Shown one piece after another: positions 1-8,538 of a DNA stretch of 38,187 bases. The translations under genes were made by a program, and so were the position numbers. Source of the DNA: a virus (lineage: Duplodnaviria; Caudoviricetes); IMG/VR virus record IMGVR_UViG_3300021408_000060, positions 1 through 38,187 of that record; one strand, written 5' to 3'. Numbering within the stretch: position 1 is the stretch's first letter; each line of letters begins with the position of its first letter. The notes under the pieces were generated by a model, which saw nothing but the letters and a program-made list of their open reading frames with translations, was not told the DNA's origin and did no database searches.

Positions 1-335
1 TATGAGTTCCAGTGTTTAACCCTCTCTGTCTTGCCAATAGGCAACAACCCGCCGTCTGCTTCTAAACTGACAGCCTTTGCAAGGACATTTCGGGGATCCG
101 CTCCCAGCGAATTACTTGGTATTCGTTTAAACAAATCCTGTATGTCGTACTCTACCTTATCCTGGTCTTCAGCAATATCGCATACGGAGTAGCACGTGCA
201 GGACACATCACCAATAGGTTGCACGTCATCGTACAAAAGAGTGTCAAAATTCACCTCATCAGGAAATTCAATTGCCTGCCCAAACATTTGGGAGTGAATC
301 TTGTCTCGACTATCATGTCTGAGGCGAATGTTCAT
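1..335 (-). CDS. Partial (3'-truncated) papain-like cysteine peptidase, candidate lysin
   Basis: Not in the ORF track because it runs off the window. Translated by hand: MNIRLRHDSRDKIHSQMFGQAIEFPDEVNFDTLLYDDVQPIGDVSCTCYSVCDIAE... The DxRD motif and Q-x5-SC resemble the N-terminal half of C1-type peptidases. It directly follows a holin-like gene. Confidence 0.5.
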   Translation of the reverse strand, partial: MNIRLRHDSRDKIHSQMFGQAIEFPDEVNFDTLLYDDVQPIGDVSCTCYSVCDIAEDQDKVEYDIQDLFKRIPSNSLGADPRNVLAKAVSLEADGGLLPIGKTERVKHWNS

Positions 336-336
336 G

Positions 337-633
337 TTATTTTACTAATTTTAACACTCCAGCAACAATTAAAATAATACCTCCCATCCACATGATAAAC
401 TTCCCTAGACCACTAATTGCTTTTTTACCGTCTATAATGGGGTCTGTCTCTATTTTCAATCTACTTAGTTCTATCTTGACCCTCGCCTGTTCGTCACGTA
501 TTTCGTTTAAAACATCATCTTGATTTTCCAAATGCGCTTTAATATCGTCAATCTTTCCATTAACTGTCTTCTTTATTTCGTTACGGATTGTCTCCAGTAA
601 GTCGATTTTATCTTTTAAATTCATATCTTCCAC
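337..633 (-). CDS. Holin-like membrane protein (coiled coil plus C-terminal TM helix)
   Basis: Heptad-rich charged N-terminus, hydrophobic C-terminus (FIMWMGGIILIVAGVLKLVK), located just before the putative lysin. Confidence 0.55.
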   Translation of the reverse strand: MEDMNLKDKIDLLETIRNEIKKTVNGKIDDIKAHLENQDDVLNEIRDEQARVKIELSRLKIETDPIIDGKKAISGLGKFIMWMGGIILIVAGVLKLVK

Positions 634-639
634 TTGATT

Positions 640-957
640 TTAGTCTTGGTCAAACCAAATTATTAAAGGAAACGTTGTTCCTCCACCTCCGCCGCCACTC
701 GGCTCATTTTTCTGCACTGCTCCAATACCTTTGTAGCAGGTTGTCAGACCGCCCTGAAATACTCCAGGGAATCCGAGCGTAGTGTTAGACTTCTGTTTCT
801 GACACGCTCCGATGTTCTTATACCCCGTCGTCAGGCCTCCTTGGAACGTACCTGGAAAGCCCGCAGAAGCGTCGGCAATTTGAATCATGCCGAACAGACA
901 AACGGCGATGACGAACGACATGAAGACAAGTAATGTAAGAAATATAAATGTTTTCAT
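640..957 (-). CDS. Small exported protein with duplicated GFPGxFQGGLTTxYKxIGAxQK motif
   Basis: Hydrophobic signal ending ADA/SA, two near-identical motif copies, Gly linker. TAATG overlap with the upstream gene. Confidence 0.7.
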   Translation of the reverse strand: MKTFIFLTLLVFMSFVIAVCLFGMIQIADASAGFPGTFQGGLTTGYKNIGACQKQKSNTTLGFPGVFQGGLTTCYKGIGAVQKNEPSGGGGGGTTFPLIIWFDQD

Positions 958-2498
958 TAAAGTGCTCCTGTGGGGAGAAAGTTATTACCAAGTGTTACCT
1001 GCCAGACTATCGCACTTCCTGCACCAGATGAAGTGATGTTGGAACTGAGTGTCAGTGTGTCGGCAGTATCGTCATGGGCTGTAATGAGAAAATTTCGCGC
1101 TGCAAATCCTGTGCCGGAGCCAGATTTGAGATAGACAAAATCGACATTATCAACAACACTTGAAAAGTCGGCTCCAGAGGATGTCAAAACATTCGTTAAA
1201 GATGACGCGCCTGTGCCAGTTATTTGCGTGACGCTAGCAAACGCAGGATTAATAGCAGTAACACTACTACCACCACTATTTACGTTTTGCATATTCGTGC
1301 CATTAGCATAAAAGGCATTATAGTTCTCAAACAAACTATTTGTGGCGTCTTTGCCGTCTATACACAGGACAAAGCCATAGCAGATGTTTCCATTCATGGT
1401 GAACAAGGCCGCTCCGCTGATAAGGTCGATAGCATCTCCCAACTGGTTTTCTGCTCCGTAGAGAGTGTTATCTCGAATTTCAGTCAGTATTTGTGATGCT
1501 GAACTTTGTACAAGCGCTTGAGTGACATGGTTGGCAAAAATATTTCCGATAATCATCTTCGTTCCTGAACCTGAATCAGTTATGCCGATGTTCGAATGAT
1601 GAGAATTATTGTTAAAAAATCGGTAGAGTCCTCCTCCAGCAAATACAAAACTGTTACCCCTGTATGAAACTAATTCGCAATTTTCTGTGACAGCCACTCC
1701 GTTAAGGGCATGGAGGTTGTCAGTAGTACTTGTATTGGTTACTTTGCAATTATTGACCATAGCATTAGTACCACCAATCAAAACACTTGTACCTGTACTT
1801 TTTATATCTATATAACTAAATGAATAGTTCGCACCGAGAGTGGTAGCAGCAGCACCACCATCGACCTTTGGCATATTCGCAAGAAGTGGTCTGTCGCCGC
1901 ATGTTGTCTGATACCCCACCAAACGTATCGGCGATGCAGTAGTTCCCGCAAGAGTGATAGCAACTGTCTCTCCCAAATCATACTCCCCATCGCCACCACT
2001 GAACTTCTTTATGCAGTACATATTTCCTGCCGCCCCAGCTTCAAAAGCATCGTCATCGAGAGTACTTTCAAGAGAGAGAGAACCCCCGATATTTACGACA
2101 CCATTGGCACTGACTCCTGTGCAGATAGAGGTACCCGCAGCGTTTGTTGAAAATGTAATATCTACTCCTGCGTTAACAGATGTAACCTCGAACCATGAGG
2201 CAGTCATGTTTGTACCTGACACAACTTTTGCGCCATTGCCTACCATCGTCGTAGCGGCGGAAACATGAGTGACAGTGTTTCCTGCTCCTGCACAGGCAAC
2301 AGATGTCAGGGCAAACTGCGCGGCATCTTGTACACTGTAATCTACTCCAGAAGCACCTGTGACAAAAAAACCACCATTGACATTCCCCGCTGTCGCAGTA
2401 TTCTGTATATTCCAAATTGCACTACCAGAAATAGCGGCAAAAGAAAACGATGGTATTGCAAGCAAAATTATGACGAGTAGTCTTAGAAGTTTTTTCAT
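957..2498 (-). CDS. Exported right-handed beta-helix (pectate-lyase-like) adhesin/tailspike-like protein
   Basis: Signal peptide MKKLLRLLVIILLAIPSFSFA; 'GTTASPIRLVGY' and repeated 'NNC/ENC/GNIF/DNTL/GNIC' Asn-ladder rungs typical of beta-helices. Confidence 0.65.
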   Translation of the reverse strand: MKKLLRLLVIILLAIPSFSFAAISGSAIWNIQNTATAGNVNGGFFVTGASGVDYSVQDAAQFALTSVACAGAGNTVTHVSAATTMVGNGAKVVSGTNMTASWFEVTSVNAGVDITFSTNAAGTSICTGVSANGVVNIGGSLSLESTLDDDAFEAGAAGNMYCIKKFSGGDGEYDLGETVAITLAGTTASPIRLVGYQTTCGDRPLLANMPKVDGGAAATTLGANYSFSYIDIKSTGTSVLIGGTNAMVNNCKVTNTSTTDNLHALNGVAVTENCELVSYRGNSFVFAGGGLYRFFNNNSHHSNIGITDSGSGTKMIIGNIFANHVTQALVQSSASQILTEIRDNTLYGAENQLGDAIDLISGAALFTMNGNICYGFVLCIDGKDATNSLFENYNAFYANGTNMQNVNSGGSSVTAINPAFASVTQITGTGASSLTNVLTSSGADFSSVVDNVDFVYLKSGSGTGFAARNFLITAHDDTADTLTLSSNITSSGAGSAIVWQVTLGNNFLPTGAL

Positions 2499-3046
2499 AT
2501 TTTATTTGTGATAGGTTCGAGTAATCTTTCACTAGGAATATCGTCAGGGTCAATACTAATTTCTTTGCGGATGAACATCTCTTTCTCGAGAGGCTCTATC
2601 GGATTTCCGTCTTCATCTACAATCCAATTCTCCAAGTCGTTCTCTCGATGATACATTTTGTATGACCCACATCCAGCGCCATTCACTTCTGTGACGATAG
2701 TGTTTCCAGAAGGGACGAACACATTATCCAAGTATGAACAGATAAATGTCACTCCGGCCATGTCTTCTCTAAAAATATGTTCGGGTTCGTAATCTTGACC
2801 TCCTGGTAACTCTCTGCGAAAATCTGCGCGGGAAACAATAACATCATTTGGAATATTCACTTTACCAACTCTAATTTCTTTATTACTAAACTCACGACTA
2901 TAGTTTTCGGACTGTTCAATCTCCTCATACGAAATGTTGTCTATCTTTGCGATTTCCACTTCGGAGATAGGGGTATTGTCCATACCAAAGTAGACAAATG
3001 TACCTATAACCGTTAGCCCTAGAAATGTTGCGATTGTTTGTTTCAT
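2495..3046 (-). CDS. Hypothetical protein with N-terminal membrane anchor
   Basis: N-terminal hydrophobic stretch, acidic body, ATGA overlap with the next gene. Confidence 0.75.
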   Translation of the reverse strand: MKQTIATFLGLTVIGTFVYFGMDNTPISEVEIAKIDNISYEEIEQSENYSREFSNKEIRVGKVNIPNDVIVSRADFRRELPGGQDYEPEHIFREDMAGVTFICSYLDNVFVPSGNTIVTEVNGAGCGSYKMYHRENDLENWIVDEDGNPIEPLEKEMFIRKEISIDPDDIPSERLLEPITNKI

Positions 3047-3057
3047 ATATTTGAATT

Positions 3058-5934
3058 TTAATCAGAGACTCGATACCCCATCACCCGTGCTGCCAGATAG
3101 CCCGTGTCGCCCGTCTTTGTGCCCACTTCCATTCGAATTGCTTCGTATGAAGTAAAGGTATTGTTCGATGTCAATGCGTACTGTGTGCCAGTCGTGGTGC
3201 AGGTGATGGCATTGGTGTCGTTCGTTCCGTCAGAGAGATTTATGACAATAGATGTGCCGCTTGAAACCTTGCACCAGATTGATGTTGCCACCTGCTGGAG
3301 TGGGTGACTTGGAACATCTATATTCGTGCCAGATGTCAGTGGCGATGTGGATGCAGTAAACGAGTATAACGTTGTGGTAGCACTCGCGACAACAAAGTGT
3401 CCTGTCGTAGACGTCGCCATGACGAGGTTGTTCGATGTCGTATCAAGAGCGATTTCACCAGCGGCATCAAGTGACGGACTTGTACTGTTTGGCAGTTCAA
3501 CAGACGTTGCTCCACCAAAGTCCCATGCTCCGAGAAGAGTGACGATACTGCCGGTGATGTCCATGATTTTCGTCCCTGCGGCATTAAACATTTGGAAGAT
3601 ACCGCGGATGATGCTCTCACCTGTGTTCAAAATGCTAAATGCGGCGGTTGTCGTCGTCGCAGTACCAGCAACCGTGGTAGTGGAAAGATACAGATTACCA
3701 CCAGCATTTCGGAATGCCCATTGTGGCAGACCTGCTCCTGCTGAAAGTGAAAACTGTGGAGCAGTGGCAGAGAATGATGTCAGAGCGTGCTGCGGTGTCG
3801 TCGTACCAAAACCCATAGGGCCGAGGAAATACGACTCAAGAAATGTAGAATATCCACGAAAACGACTTGCATATATACCTCCAGCACCTTCTACAGCGAG
3901 GTTGGTGAACGGTGATGTCGTGCCGATACCGACAGGGCCGCTCATATAGGACACGTTTGTGTTTGGGTTAAAGGACATGGGGGATACTTCTTCGGGCAAC
4001 AGAGGATATTTATCATTGGTATAGTCCACAATCATATCGTCCCACCTATCCACTCCTGATTGAGCAAAGGCATGTCCTGCTCCCATTTGGAAGTTGTCTA
4101 TCGTATATGAACTTTTCAAATATGGTACGAGTGACTCTCCGACTTTTGTCCATGTTACAGGATCAATGACCATGAGTGAACAGACATCGGCTTCTACTCG
4201 CATCGTTACCCAATACGTCTTGCCTGGGACGTATGTGATATTTTGACCGATGGCAGATGTCAGTCCACCACCCGCGCTATGTGCTCTCCATGACTGTCCA
4301 GCAGATGAGTTCAGAGATTGAAACACGCATGATGCTCCTGATGGAAAGGCGTTGAATAAGAAGTTGTCATGTGAATTTCCTGACGTTCCTGTGAGTGTCG
4401 ATGAGAAGTATGCGCCCATAGAGACTCCTGCTCTTCGCGGAGAGAAAGTGTACTGTGCGTATTCCACTCCTCCTGCAGCGTGGTTATACCCCCAGCCAAG
4501 TGTACCCGCGTCTGGATTGTATATCGTAGAACCAATTTGCACCGGTGGTACTGCTACTTCGGCAGAAGTCGAAGCAGTGAATGCAGTGAGTGGTGTTGGT
4601 GAAATAGACCACGAACCTCCAGTACCGTTCGTAGAGTTACCGAGAATAGTAGTGGTCAGAACATTTCCGTTTGAGCCATCATCCATGTCGATATAGAGGT
4701 CAACAAGAGGAGTGTTCAGTCTCAAACCAGCAGTGGTGTTGTTACCAACCGAGAATATATTCGCCACATTCGATGTCGCGGTACTTGAAGTTGCATTGAA
4801 ATAACTAGAGACGATTTCTCCCACAACAGAGAGCGGAGCGTATGGCGATGAAGTGCCTACACCAACCTTGCCACTCCACATGACTGTAAAAGCACTATTT
4901 GCTCCAGCACTATTTGCGACATTAAAAGCCTTGTTGAATGGGTCACATGAACCACCAGTACAATCTATAAAAAGACCTTGACCAAGGTAGCCGGCTGCAG
5001 AAGCATCGAAAGAGGCAATAGACGAGCCAGCATCTCCGACACCGTTAAAGTTAAATTTACCAAGACCGAGTGAGGCTGGTGCTCCAGCCACTTGCAAAAC
5101 TGAACCTGCCGTGTTTGTTGATGTAAAATTGGCTGCGCCCTTGTCTGCGGTAGTACCTGTGTATGTTGCCGTGATTGTGTGGTCAACTCCAGTATTCGAA
5201 GCAGAAATTGCATTAGAACATGGGTCAAGACATGGGATAGAGAGAGCATCACCTGCGCCGAGATACGGTAAGGCAAGAGCAGAGTGTGCAAATGAGACAT
5301 TGTTTACTCGGAGGCTAGCCAAGGAAGCGGCACTTGAACCTTGTGTCGTGTAACCGACCAAACCACTGCCTGTGTTTGCAGAGTTATCAAAGTTAATGAG
5401 TCCACCGGTAGAGTTTGAAGACGGATAAACTCGTGAAGCAAATATCTTTAACGCATTATCTCCCGCAGTTCCTCCAATTTGCAGAGCCTTTGAGATAGTC
5501 GTTGTGCCAGTCAAGAACGAGTACTGGAGATTCGGGTCAAAATAAAACTCTGCTGATGTGGTAGCACTCGAACCAATTGTCACAATGTCCGTAGCATTCA
5601 GAGGATAGTTGATAAGTTGTCCTGTAACATTTGAAGTCGTTGTCGCCCATGTGCCACCCCCTGAACCACCACCCGTACACGTTGGATTTGTTACATTCGA
5701 TAGAACAGTTCCACTTAAAACATATAAACATCCATCAGCAAGAGCAGGAATATGCAATATATTTGTCCATGTATTTTTCCATACATGGGTACTGTCTCCA
5801 TCGTCATAGGTGTTATCAAGAAAAGGAGCAATATTGACAAAATACTGGACAATCGGAGCAGCACTTGCCACACGCCACATGCAGACGAACGCTATAGCAA
5901 GAATTATTCCTATTGCAATGAAAAATTTTTTCAT
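3058..5934 (-). CDS. Large exported fibre/adhesin-like protein (GxGTxSP repeats, probable lectin/LamG-like insert)
   Basis: Signal peptide ending ASA; GKVGVGTSSP, GPVGIGTTSP and GPMGFGTTTP repeats; Thr/Ser-rich ATSST and ATTT tracts. Confidence 0.7.
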   Translation of the reverse strand: MKKFFIAIGIILAIAFVCMWRVASAAPIVQYFVNIAPFLDNTYDDGDSTHVWKNTWTNILHIPALADGCLYVLSGTVLSNVTNPTCTGGGSGGGTWATTTSNVTGQLINYPLNATDIVTIGSSATTSAEFYFDPNLQYSFLTGTTTISKALQIGGTAGDNALKIFASRVYPSSNSTGGLINFDNSANTGSGLVGYTTQGSSAASLASLRVNNVSFAHSALALPYLGAGDALSIPCLDPCSNAISASNTGVDHTITATYTGTTADKGAANFTSTNTAGSVLQVAGAPASLGLGKFNFNGVGDAGSSIASFDASAAGYLGQGLFIDCTGGSCDPFNKAFNVANSAGANSAFTVMWSGKVGVGTSSPYAPLSVVGEIVSSYFNATSSTATSNVANIFSVGNNTTAGLRLNTPLVDLYIDMDDGSNGNVLTTTILGNSTNGTGGSWSISPTPLTAFTASTSAEVAVPPVQIGSTIYNPDAGTLGWGYNHAAGGVEYAQYTFSPRRAGVSMGAYFSSTLTGTSGNSHDNFLFNAFPSGASCVFQSLNSSAGQSWRAHSAGGGLTSAIGQNITYVPGKTYWVTMRVEADVCSLMVIDPVTWTKVGESLVPYLKSSYTIDNFQMGAGHAFAQSGVDRWDDMIVDYTNDKYPLLPEEVSPMSFNPNTNVSYMSGPVGIGTTSPFTNLAVEGAGGIYASRFRGYSTFLESYFLGPMGFGTTTPQHALTSFSATAPQFSLSAGAGLPQWAFRNAGGNLYLSTTTVAGTATTTTAAFSILNTGESIIRGIFQMFNAAGTKIMDITGSIVTLLGAWDFGGATSVELPNSTSPSLDAAGEIALDTTSNNLVMATSTTGHFVVASATTTLYSFTASTSPLTSGTNIDVPSHPLQQVATSIWCKVSSGTSIVINLSDGTNDTNAITCTTTGTQYALTSNNTFTSYEAIRMEVGTKTGDTGYLAARVMGYRVSD

Positions 5935-5945
5935 ATAATGAAATT

Positions 5946-5956
5946 ATTATACCACA
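5946..5956 (-). promoter_or_regulatory. Extended -10 promoter TGTGGTATAAT for the exported-protein cassette
   Basis: TRTGn+TATAAT consensus ending 11 nt before ATG 5934. The same motif occurs at 13137-13147 and 19519-19529. Confidence 0.65.
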
Positions 5957-6781
5957 TTACGTAGATTTATAAGTAAGTATCAATGTACTTCCCAGACTCG
6001 GCGCATTCACTCCAGCATCCAGTGTCAGTGTTGTTGTTCCAGTACCGGTGTAGTCAACCACTGGTCGATAGACAAACGGTGCATCAGTGCCAGTAAGCAG
6101 AATAAAGGCATCATTTGCTGGTACGGTAAACACCTTATTTACACTATCCACTTGTCCACTCAAATCAACTGAATACGTCAAACTGACAGTACCGCTACTA
6201 CTGCCTCCACCATGCATCAATTCTTCGAAACGATAGTTGATACCATCTTTAGAGAACCCTTGCATACCGTTAATATCTTGAGTACTTAGTGGTTTTTTCT
6301 TCTTTAAGAATTTTACAAATTCATTGAAAAGTTTTTCTTCATCTATATCTTTCTCAATCAGTTTTTCAGTAACAATCGGTTGTTCTTTGATTACCTCAGT
6401 TTTTTCTATCACTTTTTCAGCTACAGGAACTCTAACCTTATTTGCTATTTTCTGAAGGTCTTGCTCTGTAGGTACAAAGTCTTTACCATCAATACCAGGA
6501 GACCCTGGGACTGGATCAGGTATTAACGGTGTTATCAATTCAATCAACTTCTCGTCTGTTGGAGTATCACCATCTTTACCGCTAAGAAATTCTCTAAAAA
6601 AGTCTTGCAGAAAATCAAATTTTGATTTACCTGTTTCAGATAATCCTTTTTCCTTATAATATTCCTTCATAAGCTCAGTATTGCTATCTATAGATGCTTG
6701 CTGTTCTTCAAATGCTAATGCTGAAAGCATCTCGGGATCATCTTGGTAAATCTGACGTAATTTTTTATAATTTTTAGCCAT
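5957..6781 (-). CDS. Putative virion fibre/collar protein with short collagen-like motifs
   Basis: GKDGDTP and PGSPGIDGKD motifs, VIEKTEVIKE spacer, C-terminal beta domain (DLSGQVDSVNKVFT...DYT...AP). Confidence 0.55.
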   Translation of the reverse strand: MAKNYKKLRQIYQDDPEMLSALAFEEQQASIDSNTELMKEYYKEKGLSETGKSKFDFLQDFFREFLSGKDGDTPTDEKLIELITPLIPDPVPGSPGIDGKDFVPTEQDLQKIANKVRVPVAEKVIEKTEVIKEQPIVTEKLIEKDIDEEKLFNEFVKFLKKKKPLSTQDINGMQGFSKDGINYRFEELMHGGGSSSGTVSLTYSVDLSGQVDSVNKVFTVPANDAFILLTGTDAPFVYRPVVDYTGTGTTTLTLDAGVNAPSLGSTLILTYKST

Positions 6782-6804
6782 ATTTTTTTTATATTATACT
6801 ACAC

Positions 6805-6834
6805 TTGACACCGTATACATGCGTATGATAGGAT
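6805..6834 (+). promoter_or_regulatory. Antisense sigma70-like promoter TTGACA-18-TAGGAT with extended TG
   Basis: Perfect -35 at 6805-6810, TGnTAGGAT, ATG 6 nt downstream. Confidence 0.6.
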
Positions 6835-6840
6835 GGGGGG

Positions 6841-6930
6841 ATGGTATTCATATTCATAATTTTAGCTATTTTAGTCATAGTGGTCTCTGTTGGGAGACGT
6901 TTGTCTGATTGGGAAGATGTTGAAAAATAA
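6841..6930 (+). CDS. 29-aa single-pass membrane peptide on the antisense strand (possible superinfection exclusion)
   Basis: MVFIFIILAILVIVVSVGRRLSDWEDVEK*; fills the intergenic gap and has its own promoter. Below the ORF-track length cutoff. Confidence 0.6.
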   Translation: MVFIFIILAILVIVVSVGRRLSDWEDVEK

Positions 6931-6936
6931 TTCATG

Positions 6937-8538
6937 TTATTTTGCCTTAGGTTTTAATCCTTCAAGAATTTTTACTACTTCGTTATCACTTTTACTTGCA
7001 ATAGCTTCCTGAATAATCTTAAGATTTTTATTTAATGCATTTTCAATATCCAATGCATTTAATACTTTATATCCAGCTCCTCTAGGTAATAACCCTCCAA
7101 CAAAACCTCTCAAAGAACCACCAGTTAAAACATCTGCGTATTTAGATACAGCATGTCCGACCTTTTCCAATAAACCACGCTCCAATATTTTTTGTTGCAA
7201 CTTATTAACAGCTTCCACATTTTTTTCTACAAGAGTTTTCATATCATACAGAGAACTCATCAATTTATCTGCTGTTTTAGCTTCTGCCCCCTTGATTCCT
7301 TCTCTAGCCAATGTTTTTAATGCGGTACGTGTATTTTCATACATTTGAGCATTAACACTCGTCAATGGATCACCCATTTTACTAAATGCCTTATTTTTAA
7401 ACTCTTGACCGTACACTCTTGCAATATTATTCACTTCAAGTCGTGTCAAACCTTCTGTTTCAGCTTTTTGTATCAATTCATCAATATTAGCCGCACTTAC
7501 TTTGTCACTAGTACTTGTGTAAAGTTCTTTCAATTGTGTCAGAGCATCATTTACAGGAGTAGTTACAACTGGCTTTCCAGACTTTGTTTTATTTGTAATT
7601 GTTAAATCTTTAAGAGGAATTTTAGTTGTATCAACACCCAAATCAGTATCAACTTTTCCTGTCAATTCAGTTATTTTAGTATCAATTTTACCTTTCAAAT
7701 CTGAATATGTTTTAACATTTTCTGTATCCAACGTAGATAATCCTCTAACTCCTGATTTAATATCCCCAGTTTCTCCTTGTAATACTTGTCCCACAGCTTG
7801 TGTTGGTGTTGGTGGCTTTGGTTCAGCAGTTTTAATTATTTTAGAAGTAGCCCTTTTAGTTGTATCTACTATTTGTTGTCCAGTTTTTGACGCAACATTT
7901 GATACTTCTGAAGCGATATTTGCAGCACTCGTATCAGCACCTCTTGTTACTGGACTAGCCAATCTTGAAATGGTATCTTTTCCACCTTTTAATTCCCCAC
8001 CGCCATACAGTAAAGTCGGTATGAGCATCGGATCTTCAATTCCTATCTTTGCTATGTGTGCCGTTACATCTGCCATCGCTTTTTTCGGGTCGTCCAGAAG
8101 AGCGTTATATGCTTTATCCAGTCCACCATAAATGGTCTCACCGATTTTGAGATATGTATCCGCAAAACCCTTAAGAATATTTTTTGTACCTTCAGCAGGC
8201 GACTGATTGCTATAAATATCTTTCAAAGCGGAACCACTACCAGCGATATTTGCTCCAATATTAGCAGGGGATTCAGTATTCAAAGGATTGATTGGTGCTG
8301 CAAGTTTTGCAGCAGAACTTGGAATATTACCAAATGTTTTAGCTATATTTGTCGATATTGCGCCTGATGTTATACCTCCTTCACTCGCGGGAAAAGAAGT
8401 CTCGCCTTTCAATGCACCCATAATACCTCCTCCTGAAATAGCAGTTTTCTTAAAGTCAGGACTAGATTCATTACCTACTACTGTAGGTACTCCACCCCCT
8501 GCATTCTTTACAAATTGTTCGTATGAAAAAGTTGCCAT
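6937..8538 (-). CDS. Putative DNA ejection/internal virion protein
   Basis: Ala/Gly/Lys-rich helical protein, last of three genes following the tail genes (P22/T7-like synteny). Confidence 0.55.
   Translation of the reverse strand: MATFSYEQFVKNAGGGVPTVVGNESSPDFKKTAISGGGIMGALKGETSFPASEGGITSGAISTNIAKTFGNIPSSAAKLAAPINPLNTESPANIGANIAGSGSALKDIYSNQSPAEGTKNILKGFADTYLKIGETIYGGLDKAYNALLDDPKKAMADVTAHIAKIGIEDPMLIPTLLYGGGELKGGKDTISRLASPVTRGADTSAANIASEVSNVASKTGQQIVDTTKRATSKIIKTAEPKPPTPTQAVGQVLQGETGDIKSGVRGLSTLDTENVKTYSDLKGKIDTKITELTGKVDTDLGVDTTKIPLKDLTITNKTKSGKPVVTTPVNDALTQLKELYTSTSDKVSAANIDELIQKAETEGLTRLEVNNIARVYGQEFKNKAFSKMGDPLTSVNAQMYENTRTALKTLAREGIKGAEAKTADKLMSSLYDMKTLVEKNVEAVNKLQQKILERGLLEKVGHAVSKYADVLTGGSLRGFVGGLLPRGAGYKVLNALDIENALNKNLKIIQEAIASKSDNEVVKILEGLKPKAK

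Noticed and set aside
700-870. Duplicated GFPG..IGAxQK DNA as a DGR template/variable pair
   Set aside because: Differences are mostly synonymous and not restricted to adenines; both copies are in one ORF and there is no RT.
3104-5964. Long plus-strand ORFs (e.g. 3326-3949, 4352-4696)
   Set aside because: Antisense shadows of the Thr/Ser/Gly-rich fibre gene; no independent start signals or motifs.
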